Shown: positions 6,739 to 16,695 of the stretch, piece by piece
Position numbering within the stretch: position 1 is the first letter of the stretch
How the letters are laid out: each line of letters starts with the position of its first letter
NCBI GenBank assembly: GCA_023433945.1
Contig: JAEYTP010000088.1
Coordinates: 842 to 32,841 of the forward strand
Length of the DNA stretch: 32,000 bases
Origin: Bacillota bacterium
GTDB taxonomy: Bacteria; Bacillota; Clostridia; Acetivibrionales; DSM-1351
Direction: 5' to 3'
Notes under the pieces: model-generated
What the model saw: only the letters and a program-made list of their open reading frames with translations
Told to the model about the DNA's origin: nothing
Databases searched by the model: none
Position numbers and translations under genes: made by a program

Positions 6739-9700
6739 CTACCTATATATATCCAATGTTGCTTCGCCACCATATCTCGTTAGAACGTATATGTTTGAAC
6801 CTATGTATTCGATATTCCATTCCTTTGACGGGCCCGCTAATTTGATGCCTTGTGGTGCATATATTTTTAGCTGTTGCAATCCCTTATCCAGAATATCTAT
6901 TGAAAGTATATCATCGCTGTTGGATATTTCAACAGGAAGATTGACGCGCATTATATGCATATTATCTGTCTTACCAGTACCAGTGGATATACTAATGGGT
7001 TTATTTACACCAAAGTAAAGAGCATCCTTTGACTTTTGATAAATATCTGCATCAGTAGTAAACGATGCCCCCTTATATTTATCCGCTAATTCAAGCTTTA
7101 AACCAAGAGTATTATTGAATATGTTGTTGTTATCCTTCGGAGCATTCTGTTCAACAGATACGTGTAACTTACCATCAGATACTGTACTATTGGCATTGAT
7201 AGTGTTATCTAGAACAGCCATCATTGTCATAGCATATTGTGTCTCAGTCATAAAATTATAGTCCCATTTATTTCTTAAAGAGTCTATTACAGAGGCGCTT
7301 GATTCAGCAGACTTTGGATTTTTGTACATATTATACTCAATATGGAGATATACACTTACGGGCATATCCCACCTATATATGCTGTTCATCAAATCGTCAT
7401 AACCCTTGCGATTTGTGGCGGTAAGATTAAGTGAAGCATTGAAGAGCAACATAGAAGTTGTATTTAAACCATCAGCAAGATAGTATGGTCTCGCCCAAGT
7501 ATATTCTGTACCTCCGGATGGATCTACAGGGGAGTTAGCTGGAGTGAAGCCTGAGTTCCAACGAAGTCCCGAATCATATTCATTGAGAATTGTCTGTAAA
7601 CCGTCTTGAAAGTTAATCTTCCAAGTATGTTGGTTTGTCCCAAGACCATCCCAACCCAGTCCATATGATTGGAAGGCTGCCTTATGTAATGCTAGTTCTG
7701 TTTTTTCGTCGGGGGAGTCCTTATACTTATGAGTAAAAACATGAGGTTCGATACTTATTCCGTTTTCATTACAGAACTCAATTGCTGATAGAAGTTCATC
7801 CCTATATGGAAAATACTTGGAGTCAATAGGGACTGCAAAGGTGCCAAACTCCAATCTTCCTGTTATTAGGTCTTTTTTGCCATCCTTATTTATGTCAGCA
7901 AAAAAAGGAACAACGTTATTACCATATTTAAAGTGTTTGTTGCCTCTATCATTGCTATATATATTGTCAATATAACCTGAATAAGAGAAATGCCCCTTGT
8001 TATTTGTATATTTGACTATGTAACCATCAGCTGTACCAACGTATAATTCAGGATAACCATCATTATTATCATCAAATAGCTTAGGAGCTGAGTTTTTTCC
8101 TTCGTGAATATCCTTACCCGACGAATTCTTAAGCTTTGAGAGCTTGCCAAACTTGATTTTACCTGAAACGAGTGAACCTTTAGTGTAATATATATTCCCA
8201 CTCATAGTACCTACTACAAGCTCAATTGAACCATCGGAGTTATAGTCTGCTATCTCAGGTGCCGAGAGCTTTTCACCAACAGGTGCATTTACCAATATCC
8301 CCATTGGTTTATAGGTATTATTTTTTAAGCCCTTAAACCAATATATATTTCCGTCCAAGCACCCTGAAACTAAATCTGCTACTTTGTCATTGTCTATATC
8401 ATACAGTATAGGGGCTGAATATGTATTTACTTTTAATTCATGCCCATTGGCATCTTTAAGAGGTCCCACTTTTTTTAGTTGCCATCCGTCCTTCAGGCTT
8501 ATGCATTGATAATAATAGAATTTTCCGTCCGAGCTTCCACATATTAAGTCTAAAAGACCGTCATTATTAAAGTCAGTAGCGTAGGGATATGCTCTATGTG
8601 AAACATTCATCTCATTGAAATACGTGTCCTGGATAGGAGATTTAGCAAGATTAAGCCAGCTATCGTTAACAATAGCATGCTCTCCCGGCGCATACAGAGA
8701 ATTATAATTATCATGGGATATGACAATACCGGAACCTGTTGTACTGTTTAATTGGTATCCAACTGATTCATATCTGTCAGACCATTCGTACATTCCCCTA
8801 GACAACGAAAAGGATGGTATTAGATTATATTTTTTTGTCAGTGAAAACCACTTTTCCATTGACTGTTCCTTAACAGCTGAAAGTACTTCAAAATGGTTCT
8901 GGTACGCCATAGCAGGTCTTCCATACGGGCCCAAAACCTTTTTTAGTGAATAGCCATACTTCTGCTTTGAAGCAAAAACCAAGCCCTCATCAAGTAAAAG
9001 AGAGGTTGCACTGGATACGGTATTATTAAAATAAAGTTGCTCAGAGCTTTCTTTCTTCATATCAAACCCCGATATGTACCAATTATTGGGCAGAAGAGCA
9101 CTGGTAAAGAACACAAAGCCCTTACCGTATTTATTAACAGAATAAAGTGAGGTATTGCCGTCGCTTGCAATTGTTGTCGCAGTATCAGGTATTATACCCA
9201 TACCATAAGATTTTGCTTTTAACTCCTTAAATGCAGAAAATTGCCGATAGCTTATCTCAAAATCTTTTATTACGTTCTGTATATTCTGCAAATCGCCGCT
9301 AACAGTAGGATAATTTATTTTATCTGGAAATGAGGGTACTTCTTTAAAATCTTTAGCACCCACTACTTTCTTAGGAAGCCAATTATAGAGGCTGTTCTCA
9401 AGAAATATAGTGCCTCCATCATATATAAATGACATTAATTGGTATTTTAGTTGCAGAGAATTCTTAGAATTCACAATAGAAGGGTCAGGATATATAAAAT
9501 CATATGAGGTTAGATCCAAGGATGTTTGTCCATCCTTAATCTCTATTTCCTCAACAGAAGCATTAGCTACAAGCGTTTGTTTTAAAAATTGATATGTACT
9601 TGTCCACGAGTTACTTGAACCATTATGTAGTATACAAACCCTTATAACATCACTACTATTTTGTTGGTTTTGGGCACCAACCGGTTGTATAGACGGTGAT

Positions 9701-9756
9701 ATCAGCTGAAGGCAGATACTTATTATTAGTAATGTGAAAATTATCTTTTTAAGCAT
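6739..9756 (-). CDS. Secreted 1005-aa protein with central FG-GAP/VCBS-type repeats; flanking domains unassigned
   Basis: Signal peptide MLKKIIFTLLIISICLQLISPSIQPVGA. Five DxDxDG-like repeats: FNNDGLLDLICG, DIDNDKVADLVSG, DYNSDGSIELVVG, DDNNDGYPELYVG, DINKDGKKDLITG. Confidence 0.85.
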   Translation of the reverse strand: MLKKIIFTLLIISICLQLISPSIQPVGAQNQQNSSDVIRVCILHNGSSNSWTSTYQFLKQTLVANASVEEIEIKDGQTSLDLTSYDFIYPDPSIVNSKNSLQLKYQLMSFIYDGGTIFLENSLYNWLPKKVVGAKDFKEVPSFPDKINYPTVSGDLQNIQNVIKDFEISYRQFSAFKELKAKSYGMGIIPDTATTIASDGNTSLYSVNKYGKGFVFFTSALLPNNWYISGFDMKKESSEQLYFNNTVSSATSLLLDEGLVFASKQKYGYSLKKVLGPYGRPAMAYQNHFEVLSAVKEQSMEKWFSLTKKYNLIPSFSLSRGMYEWSDRYESVGYQLNSTTGSGIVISHDNYNSLYAPGEHAIVNDSWLNLAKSPIQDTYFNEMNVSHRAYPYATDFNNDGLLDLICGSSDGKFYYYQCISLKDGWQLKKVGPLKDANGHELKVNTYSAPILYDIDNDKVADLVSGCLDGNIYWFKGLKNNTYKPMGILVNAPVGEKLSAPEIADYNSDGSIELVVGTMSGNIYYTKGSLVSGKIKFGKLSKLKNSSGKDIHEGKNSAPKLFDDNNDGYPELYVGTADGYIVKYTNNKGHFSYSGYIDNIYSNDRGNKHFKYGNNVVPFFADINKDGKKDLITGRLEFGTFAVPIDSKYFPYRDELLSAIEFCNENGISIEPHVFTHKYKDSPDEKTELALHKAAFQSYGLGWDGLGTNQHTWKINFQDGLQTILNEYDSGLRWNSGFTPANSPVDPSGGTEYTWARPYYLADGLNTTSMLLFNASLNLTATNRKGYDDLMNSIYRWDMPVSVYLHIEYNMYKNPKSAESSASVIDSLRNKWDYNFMTETQYAMTMMAVLDNTINANSTVSDGKLHVSVEQNAPKDNNNIFNNTLGLKLELADKYKGASFTTDADIYQKSKDALYFGVNKPISISTGTGKTDNMHIMRVNLPVEISNSDDILSIDILDKGLQQLKIYAPQGIKLAGPSKEWNIEYIGSNIYVLTRYGGEATLDIYR

Positions 9757-9927
9757 TTTTATACATGACTCCTAAAAATTGATGATGTATGAGAATTATA
9801 TCAATTTTTGTATGTTCGTTCAATACTATTTAAGGTCAGCTAGATGAACCAAGTGCTTACAAAACGTATCCAATTGACAAATTATTTAAAGCTATTTAGC
9901 ACTATTAAAAATAAATGCCTCAAAAAG

Positions 9928-9967
9928 AATGTCGCCCGGTTTGCTTCTTTTAAGCCCGAGCGACATT
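9928..9967 (-). terminator. Rho-independent terminator of the MCP gene
   Basis: aatgtcgcccgg (9928-9939) pairs with cccgagcgacatt (9955-9967) with one mismatch. On the minus strand the stem is followed by cttttt. Confidence 0.6.
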
Positions 9968-10020
9968 ACATTTAAAGTTTTGAATTCTTAAATTATAAGG
10001 TAACAATAAATAAACCAAGT

Positions 10021-10079
10021 TTTTAACTTAGAAAGCAGATATTGAACTTAGAAACTAAACTTTGAACTTGGATACTAAA
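10021..10079. repeat. Short tandem array, about 20-bp unit (t)tgaacttagaaa-like, 3 copies plus degenerate flanks
   Basis: ttttaacttagaaagcagata / ttgaacttagaaactaaac / tttgaacttggatactaaa. The last units contain the MCP stop codon (10055-10057) and final codons. Confidence 0.55.
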
Positions 10080-11797
10080 TTGCTTAAAATCTCAGCACTT
10101 TCCTTTGTCGAGTTAACACTTTCAAGGATTTCACTTGACATATTTGCTATACTTAAGGATTTAGATGCAATTTCTGAGGAACCCTGTGCACTTTCATTAG
10201 TTGAAGCAGTGACATCACTGATTGCTTTGGCAACACTTGCAATGGAAGCTAGAAGCTCCTCAGATGTTGAACTGAAATCAGTGACAAGATTACTTATACT
10301 ATTTGCACCATCGTTATAATCATTAGATGCACGCAGCATGATTTTGTAATCAGAATCAACATTGGTGTGCATGAATTCTAACAGTTTATTAGAATTTGTT
10401 GTTAAATTATCAACAGCACTGGTTACTGTTTTAGTGGTAGATTGAATTTGAGTAGCAGTTTTGCTTGAGTCTTCCGCCAACTTCCTGATTTCGTCAGCTA
10501 CCACTGCAAAGCCCTTACCCGCTTCTCCTGCCCTTGCAGCTTCTATTGCGGCATTTAATGCCAATAGGTTTGTCTGAGAAGTGATTTGAAGTATTGCATC
10601 GGCTAGTACATGAATTTGCTCAACAGATTTTGATTCATTGATTGCGGAACTAAGGTCTTTGCTTACAATGTCAAACAAATGCTTTGAGTTTTCACGCGAC
10701 TGAGTAAAAGTAATTTTTAAATCGCTTGCTTTCTTACTTATTTCCGCTGCAGATTCAGCACCCTCTTGCGATTTCTGAGCAATACTTTCAACCGCTTGTT
10801 CAATTTCAGTTGAAGCAGCGTTTATTTCTTGTGAAGATGCAGCAGTTTCTTCTAAACCGGCAGACATTTCCTCGGTGGTTGCAGATATTTCTTCTATTTG
10901 ACTATCCAGTTGGATAATATTTGAGTTTACATCTGCAATAGCGGCTTTTAGTATATCGGACTGCTGAGATACGCTTGAAATAATATTTCTTACTTCTTTA
11001 CGTGCTTTTGCTTCTGCTTGTACAATTTGGGCCAATTCATCCTTCTGTGACAAAAATCTCTCATAATAGCTATCATATTTTAAGTCGCAGTCAGCTGTCT
11101 TATTAATAAGATTAACAGCGTCTTTGGTGCGCTTTCTAAGGTTAGTTATAGTAATTAACCCAAATAGCGTTGAAATTACTAAGCTTAAGATAAATGCAAT
11201 AATAGAATTCATTCTTTCAAAAGAAACCGATGTTTCATATTCCTTCATAAGGTCTTTATTATGTACTTCTATAATCTCTTCCATCTGGTTGATACATTCT
11301 CTGGTATCTGAGAACTGTTTTTCATATTCTGAAAAGTTAGATATCTTATAACTTTTGTTATCAACTAATGCTATCCAGCTATTAAAATAATCTTGATATT
11401 GATTAACAAGTTCAGTCATAGTAAGGTTTGATTTCTCGTGTCTGTAACTACTTAAGCTATCTTGTCCGGATGCTATTAGTTCTTTAATGCGTTCTAATTG
11501 ATCTGCTACTTGATCTCTATTGGTAACATATTCATTGTAAAAATTGGTAGCCTGTTCCTGTGAAATTTGGCTATTTTGCATATTCATTGAAAAAAGCATA
11601 GCCTGATATAAATCCCTATCTGAATTAAGTAGGTAACTATTTAATTGGTAGGAATAATTATCAAATTCATCCATAATAGAGTTTTTGATATTACTTGACG
11701 TTTGAGATAATACACTGCCTGCAAACATAAATAAAAGAGGAATTAAAAATACAATCAGGATTTTGGTGCTCACTTTGATGTTGTTGAACTTTAGCAT
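10055..11797 (-). CDS. Methyl-accepting chemotaxis protein
   Basis: 580 aa with an N-terminal TM, a periplasmic-type sensor region, a second TM and HAMP. Signalling hairpin [34 protein letters not shown]. Confidence 0.92.
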   Translation of the reverse strand: MLKFNNIKVSTKILIVFLIPLLFMFAGSVLSQTSSNIKNSIMDEFDNYSYQLNSYLLNSDRDLYQAMLFSMNMQNSQISQEQATNFYNEYVTNRDQVADQLERIKELIASGQDSLSSYRHEKSNLTMTELVNQYQDYFNSWIALVDNKSYKISNFSEYEKQFSDTRECINQMEEIIEVHNKDLMKEYETSVSFERMNSIIAFILSLVISTLFGLITITNLRKRTKDAVNLINKTADCDLKYDSYYERFLSQKDELAQIVQAEAKARKEVRNIISSVSQQSDILKAAIADVNSNIIQLDSQIEEISATTEEMSAGLEETAASSQEINAASTEIEQAVESIAQKSQEGAESAAEISKKASDLKITFTQSRENSKHLFDIVSKDLSSAINESKSVEQIHVLADAILQITSQTNLLALNAAIEAARAGEAGKGFAVVADEIRKLAEDSSKTATQIQSTTKTVTSAVDNLTTNSNKLLEFMHTNVDSDYKIMLRASNDYNDGANSISNLVTDFSSTSEELLASIASVAKAISDVTASTNESAQGSSEIASKSLSIANMSSEILESVNSTKESAEILSNLVSKFKV

Positions 11798-12087
11798 ATA
11801 AACATCCTTTCCTAATAAATGTAATATAATGTGAAAAATTGTTAATTAGATAAATATAATTATCTGATATACCGTCATATAAATCAATATAAACTTTTAT
11901 AAAATACTTATGATGACTATTGTGAAGTCGATCTTTATATACCTATTAGGACAAGTAAATAAAACGTGATTTTTGCAAATTATTAAAAATAATATATCTT
12001 ACTGTAAGAATTACTATTATTTGGTTGAATAAATAGTAATCTAATTTTATAATAAATATAAATTATGTTAATGAACAGGAGATATCT

Positions 12088-13284
12088 ATGGACATAATGA
12101 GGGGCAAGAAAATTGCACTGATTGTAGTATGTATGTTATTTATTACAACCATTATTCTATCACCTAGTTTATCAATCAATGCTGCCACATCTGTTGCTAA
12201 ACCAAGTATTGCTGCAACTGCGAAGATTGGTACTGGAAGCTTTTATGGCAATAATGATTATTATTCAAAGACATATGATAAATATGCTTTAACGGTATCA
12301 AATGCTGTAAAAAATGCTACTTATAGCTTTACCTCAAGTAACACAAAAATACTAGCAGTAAAGGCTAGCGGTACAAAGGTATATTTGACAGGGTTAGCAG
12401 CTGGAACTGCAACAATCACATGTAATCAGAAATTAAATGGCAAAACAACAAAAGTTGGAACTTGCAAGGTTACGGTAATGAATTCAACCCTTTATGATAC
12501 TTACGTACCTGAATTACCTATTGGTACAAAGAGCCTGGCATTAGCAGAATATAACTACAGAAATAACGATGCAGTTTATACATATGTTTCTGATAGCAAG
12601 AATTTTTCAATTACTGAATCCTTCAGTACATTTGATGATATGCAATTCATTAAGCAAACATATATAGCAAAGGCAGCTGGCACATACAATATAACAATTA
12701 AAGAGACCTTTAATAAAAATACCAGAGTAGTCGGAAAGCTACAGTTTGTTGTAAAAAATCCCTCAGTGGATAAAGATTACTCTTTAGAGATGGGAACAGA
12801 AACAAATGCATATGAAATAATGAATAATGAAAAAGTCGGGGTTAACTACCTATTTGTATCTGAGGACAGTAGTATAGTTGAAGTAGCAATGAAGGGTTTG
12901 AATACTAACTTGCTTACTAAGAAGGTTGGAACTACAAAAATCAATGTTTATGAAAATACAAAGACTGCGGATGCGAGCAAATTAATAGGAACCTGTTCAA
13001 TTATTGTACAAGAAGTAGAATTAGATGAGCTTTGCTATGACTTCAGTGAAACAGAGGTATATTTAAATGGTGACCCAATAACAGTTGAGGTTTCTAAAAG
13101 TCAGGAAAATGCACCTGGTACAATAGAGGTTATCTCCTCTAATCCAAAGGTAGTTAAAGTCAGCACTATTGAAGATGGAGTATTTGAAATCACACCAGTA
13201 AGTCCTGGTACAGTTACAATTACTATTAAGTGCGGAGATATAACTGAAACTGAGACAATTACGGTTATAGACGAAGATGATTAA
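12088..13284 (+). CDS. Secreted protein with bacterial Ig-like (Big_2-type) domains
   Basis: Signal peptide ending SINAATS. Big_2-like segments include ILAVKASGTKVYLTGLAAGTATITC and VFEITPVSPGTVTITIKCGD. SD aggag. Confidence 0.8.
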   Translation: MDIMRGKKIALIVVCMLFITTIILSPSLSINAATSVAKPSIAATAKIGTGSFYGNNDYYSKTYDKYALTVSNAVKNATYSFTSSNTKILAVKASGTKVYLTGLAAGTATITCNQKLNGKTTKVGTCKVTVMNSTLYDTYVPELPIGTKSLALAEYNYRNNDAVYTYVSDSKNFSITESFSTFDDMQFIKQTYIAKAAGTYNITIKETFNKNTRVVGKLQFVVKNPSVDKDYSLEMGTETNAYEIMNNEKVGVNYLFVSEDSSIVEVAMKGLNTNLLTKKVGTTKINVYENTKTADASKLIGTCSIIVQEVELDELCYDFSETEVYLNGDPITVEVSKSQENAPGTIEVISSNPKVVKVSTIEDGVFEITPVSPGTVTITIKCGDITETETITVIDEDD

Positions 13285-13323
13285 TATTATTAAGAAAAGT
13301 AGTTTATTTTAACATCTTAGATG

Positions 13324-13369
13324 GGGCTGTCAAACTAATAAAAATTAGTTTAGCAGCCCTATTTTTTTA
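13324..13369 (+). terminator. Rho-independent terminator
   Basis: gggctgtcaaactaat-aaaa-attagtttagcagccc, followed by tattttttt. Confidence 0.8.
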
Positions 13370-13666
13370 TATGAGTTTAATATAACAGGCGACTATAGCC
13401 CTGTTTTTAGTAGGTAGCACAGTTTTTTAGGTTGACTATAACTATTTAAACAGATATAATTTTAAGCAAGAAAATATGCTCTTTTTGTTATACTAGCATC
13501 TCGGTTTTTACTTGCGAAATCCCATTGAGAATATGTTTTAACTAATCACTTATATATCAATAAGGTGCACATTGCATTTACTGTGTGGATAGTGTGCCTA
13601 AATAAAATTATTACGAGCCATTACTCAATTTAATTCCTAACAAAATAGTGTGGAGAATTATTAATT

Positions 13667-14341
13667 ATGGTGCAGATGAGTGCAAAGAGAAAAACCATGA
13701 AAATAGTTGAGACCATATTTGATTTATCATATCTTTTAACGGTACTGATATCGGCAGTGTTACTATATATTACTTCAGAAGCTGGAAGCTTGCGATTGCA
13801 ATACGCACTTATGGCTCTGACTTTAGGGGCTGGAGATGCCTTTCATCTGGTTCCGCGAATATGTTCTATGGCGGATAAAAAGGGTTGTAATTATACAGCT
13901 GTGTTAGGAGCGGGTAAGTTTATTGCCTCCATTACAATGACTATCTTTTATATTATTTTGTGGGAAATTGGTAAAGTATACTACATATTTAATGCTAATA
14001 TATTCATCTCAACAATTATATATGGTTGCGCGCTACTGCGAATCATTTTATGTATATTACCCCAAAATAGATGGAAAAGCTCAAATCCACCACTAATATG
14101 GGGAATTATTAGAAATATTCCGTTCTTTATTTTGGGGATGTCTGTAATGATATTTTATTTGATAGGAGCCGTTAATACCGGGGGGAGTTTATGCTTTGTA
14201 TGGCTTGCAATATTGATAAGCTTTGCTTGCTATATGCCCGTTGTATTATTCTCCCAATTACATCCGAAAGTGGGAATGCTTATGCTTCCCAAAAGCTGCG
14301 CATATGCTGCTATCGTATTGATGGGATTTTCACTTGTTTGA
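13667..14341 (+). CDS. Polytopic integral membrane protein of unknown function (about 7 TM helices)
   Basis: 224 aa, strongly hydrophobic throughout, no motif I recognise. The start is uncertain because the SD is poorly spaced. It lies 93 nt upstream of the catalase gene on the same strand. Confidence 0.7.
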   Translation: MVQMSAKRKTMKIVETIFDLSYLLTVLISAVLLYITSEAGSLRLQYALMALTLGAGDAFHLVPRICSMADKKGCNYTAVLGAGKFIASITMTIFYIILWEIGKVYYIFNANIFISTIIYGCALLRIILCILPQNRWKSSNPPLIWGIIRNIPFFILGMSVMIFYLIGAVNTGGSLCFVWLAILISFACYMPVVLFSQLHPKVGMLMLPKSCAYAAIVLMGFSLV

Positions 14342-14372
14342 TTACAATCTATCTCAATCATACTGATGGAGG

Positions 14373-14387
14373 CTATAATTCATATAG
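14373..14387 (+). promoter_or_regulatory. Candidate Fur-family (PerR-like) 7-1-7 box overlapping a TATAAT -10 element upstream of the catalase gene
   Basis: CTATAAT-T-CATATAG compared with the Bacillus Per box TTATAAT-N-ATTATAA matches 10 of 14 arm positions. TATAAT is at 14374-14379. The -35 is weak. Confidence 0.3.
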
Positions 14388-14434
14388 ATTGATAGCGAGG
14401 CAATGCAAAAAAAATTATTATTAAAGGAGGTATT

Positions 14435-15946
14435 ATGATGGAAGGAAACAAAAAACTGACCAACGAAGTAGGAGCACCAATAGCTGACAACGAGAACTCT
14501 ATAACGGCTGGCCCAAGAGGCCCGGTGGTTATGCAGGATGTGTGGTTAATGGAAAAAATGGCACACTTTAATCGAGAGGTTATTCCAGAACGTCGTATGC
14601 ATGCAAAGGGTTGGGGTGCATATGGCAACCTTTCAGTTACAGGTGATATTTCAAAGTACACCAAAGCAAAGGTTCTACAACCTGGTACTAAAACAGACCT
14701 CTTTGTTCGTTTTTCGACTGTAGCTGGAGAACGAGGTGCTGCCGATGTAGAGCGTGATATACGTGGAGTTGCAGTCAAGTTTTATACTGAAGAGGGTAAC
14801 TGGGACCTTGTTGGAAACAATACCCCCACTTTTTTCATTCGTGATGTACATAACTTCTCAGACCTTAACAGAGCTGTAAAACGTGATCCGCGTACCGGTA
14901 TGCGTTCAGCGCAGAATAACTGGGATTTCTGGACACTGCTTCCGGAAACCTTCCACCAAAGAACTATTGTTATGTCAGATCGTGGCATACCAGCCTCCTT
15001 CCGTAATATGCATTTTTATGGGGAGCATACCTTCTCCTTCTATAATGATAAAAATGAGCGTGTTTGGTGCAAATTCCACTTCCATACACAGCAGGGAATT
15101 AAGAATTTCACAAATCAGGAAGCTGCTCAAATCAGTGGACAGGACAGGGAATACCATGGTAGAGATCTTTTTGATGCTATTGAACGAGGAGACTATCCAA
15201 AATGGACTATGTACGTTCAGATTATGACAGAGGAGCAGGCACATAATCACTATGAGAATCCTTTCGATATTACAAAAATCTGGCGTCACAAGGAATTCCC
15301 ACTGATAGAGGTAGGTGTCCTTGAACTAAACCGCAATCCTGAAAACTATTTTGCAGAGGTTGAGCAATCTGCTTTTTCACCTGCTCACGTTGTTCCAGGC
15401 ATCGGCTTTTCACCAGATAGATTTTTGCAAGGTAGACTTTTTGCTTATGGTGATGCCCAGAGATATAGACTTGGTGTTAATCATAATCATATACCCGTTA
15501 ACCGTGCTAAATGCGAAGTCAATGAGTATCATAGAGATGGTGCAATGCGCGTAGATGGAAACTATGGTAGGATGCCTGCATATTCTCCAAACAGTGAAGG
15601 CTATTGGACACCACAACCAGAAGTGGCGGAGCCACCACTAAAACTTGAAGGTGCTATGTACAGGTTTGATCCAAAGGATGATCCTACAGACGATAATTTC
15701 CGTGCAGGTGGGGAACTATATCGATTAATGACAGAAGATAAGCGTAGGCTATTAATAGAAAATACTGCTGCGGATATTGCCCCTGTAACAGACAACGTAA
15801 AATATCGTCATGCTGTACACTGTTATCTGGCTGATACTGAATACGGAGAACGTATTACAGCAGCAATGGGTCTAGATTTAGATAAAGTAAAAGAATTATC
15901 AAAGCTGGACAATAATGGACTGATTCAGGCAACATTGAAACCATAG
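14435..15946 (+). CDS. katA: Monofunctional heme catalase
   Basis: Distal-His signature [20 protein letters not shown] and proximal-Tyr signature [14 protein letters not shown], 503 aa. SD aaggagg. The start may be the second ATG at 14438. Confidence 0.95.
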   Translation: MMEGNKKLTNEVGAPIADNENSITAGPRGPVVMQDVWLMEKMAHFNREVIPERRMHAKGWGAYGNLSVTGDISKYTKAKVLQPGTKTDLFVRFSTVAGERGAADVERDIRGVAVKFYTEEGNWDLVGNNTPTFFIRDVHNFSDLNRAVKRDPRTGMRSAQNNWDFWTLLPETFHQRTIVMSDRGIPASFRNMHFYGEHTFSFYNDKNERVWCKFHFHTQQGIKNFTNQEAAQISGQDREYHGRDLFDAIERGDYPKWTMYVQIMTEEQAHNHYENPFDITKIWRHKEFPLIEVGVLELNRNPENYFAEVEQSAFSPAHVVPGIGFSPDRFLQGRLFAYGDAQRYRLGVNHNHIPVNRAKCEVNEYHRDGAMRVDGNYGRMPAYSPNSEGYWTPQPEVAEPPLKLEGAMYRFDPKDDPTDDNFRAGGELYRLMTEDKRRLLIENTAADIAPVTDNVKYRHAVHCYLADTEYGERITAAMGLDLDKVKELSKLDNNGLIQATLKP

Positions 15947-15956
15947 TTTAAAAAAA

Positions 15957-16155
15957 TGAGTCAAGAGGGACGGTTCCTTTTTGACTCATTTATTTTTGAA
16001 CTAAGAGTCAAGAGGGACGGTTCCTTTTTGACTCATTTAATTTTTAAACTAAAGTCAAGAGGGACGGTTCCTTTTAGGTCAAGAGGGACGGTTCCTTTTT
16101 GACTCATTTTATTTTTGAACTAATGAGTCATTAGGGAACCGTCCCTTTTAACTCA
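15957..16155. repeat. Four direct copies and one inverted copy of a hairpin unit (gagtcaagagggacggttcctttttgactcatt); stacked terminators
   Basis: Direct copies are at 15957-15990, 16005-16037, 16054-16075 (truncated) and 16078-16108; the inverted copy is at 16124-16155. Each full unit is gagtcaa / loop / ttgactc plus a T-tract. Confidence 0.9.
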
Positions 16156-16164
16156 ATAACCCTA

Positions 16165-16221
16165 TTGACATGTTGGTCTATAAGTTATAGACTATTAGCA
16201 TAAAGTCTATAACTTATAGAC
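16165..16221 (+). promoter_or_regulatory. blaI-blaR1 promoter with two 17-bp dyad operators
   Basis: TTGACA at 16165-16170. GTCTATAAGTTATAGAC (16176-16192) and GTCTATAACTTATAGAC (16205-16221) each have perfect 8-bp arms, with centres 29 bp apart. A further tctataga palindrome lies near 16249. Confidence 0.75.
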
Positions 16222-16333
16222 TAGTAAAATATTACTATGGCAAATCCTCTATAGACTGGTAAGTTATTTGGTGTGTAGGTCAGTAAACTTCTTTGTCAAA
16301 TACTAAGTTTATAAGATGGATAGGGAGGCATAT

Positions 16334-16693
16334 ATGAGTCATAAGCTTACAGAGAGCGAACAAAGGTTTACCGATATAATATGGAAGCACCAGCCCATTG
16401 GTTCGGGTGAGCTAGTGAAAATATGTGAGAGGGAAATGGGATGGAAAAAGTCCACAACATATACAGTCCTGAAAAATTTATGCCAAAAGGGTATCTTAAT
16501 AAATGAGAATGCTATAGTATCATCTTTGGTTACTAAGGATGAATACTATTCAAATCAAAGCATACGTTTTGTTGAGGACACTTTTGGAGGCTCTTTGCCA
16601 AAATTTTTGACAGCCTTTATCAATAAAAATAAACTGAGTAAGCATCAGGCAGAAGAGTTGAAGAAGCTTATTGATGAGCACAAGGAGGTGTAG
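16334..16693 (+). CDS. blaI: BlaI/MecI/CopY family winged-helix transcriptional repressor
   Basis: MSHKLTESEQRFTDIIWKHQPIGSGELVKICE...KKSTTYTVLKNLCQKGIL. SD gggagg 5 nt before ATG 16334. The track ORF starts 18 nt earlier. Confidence 0.9.
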   Translation: MSHKLTESEQRFTDIIWKHQPIGSGELVKICEREMGWKKSTTYTVLKNLCQKGILINENAIVSSLVTKDEYYSNQSIRFVEDTFGGSLPKFLTAFINKNKLSKHQAEELKKLIDEHKEV

Positions 16694-16695
16694 TG

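Noticed and set aside
14380-15795. Several long antisense or out-of-frame ORFs inside the catalase gene (132, 68, 114, 104, 67, 68 and 64 aa)
   Set aside because: They lie entirely within a CDS with unambiguous catalase signatures. The translations are low-complexity and lack RBSs, as expected from locally higher GC.
13667-16155. Catalase region as a horizontally acquired islet, on the basis of GC content
   Set aside because: Hand counts of 60-nt samples gave about 42-43% GC for both the catalase and the neighbouring membrane-protein gene, and a rough impression of about 40% in the FG-GAP gene. I cannot support a compositional anomaly without a proper sliding-window calculation.
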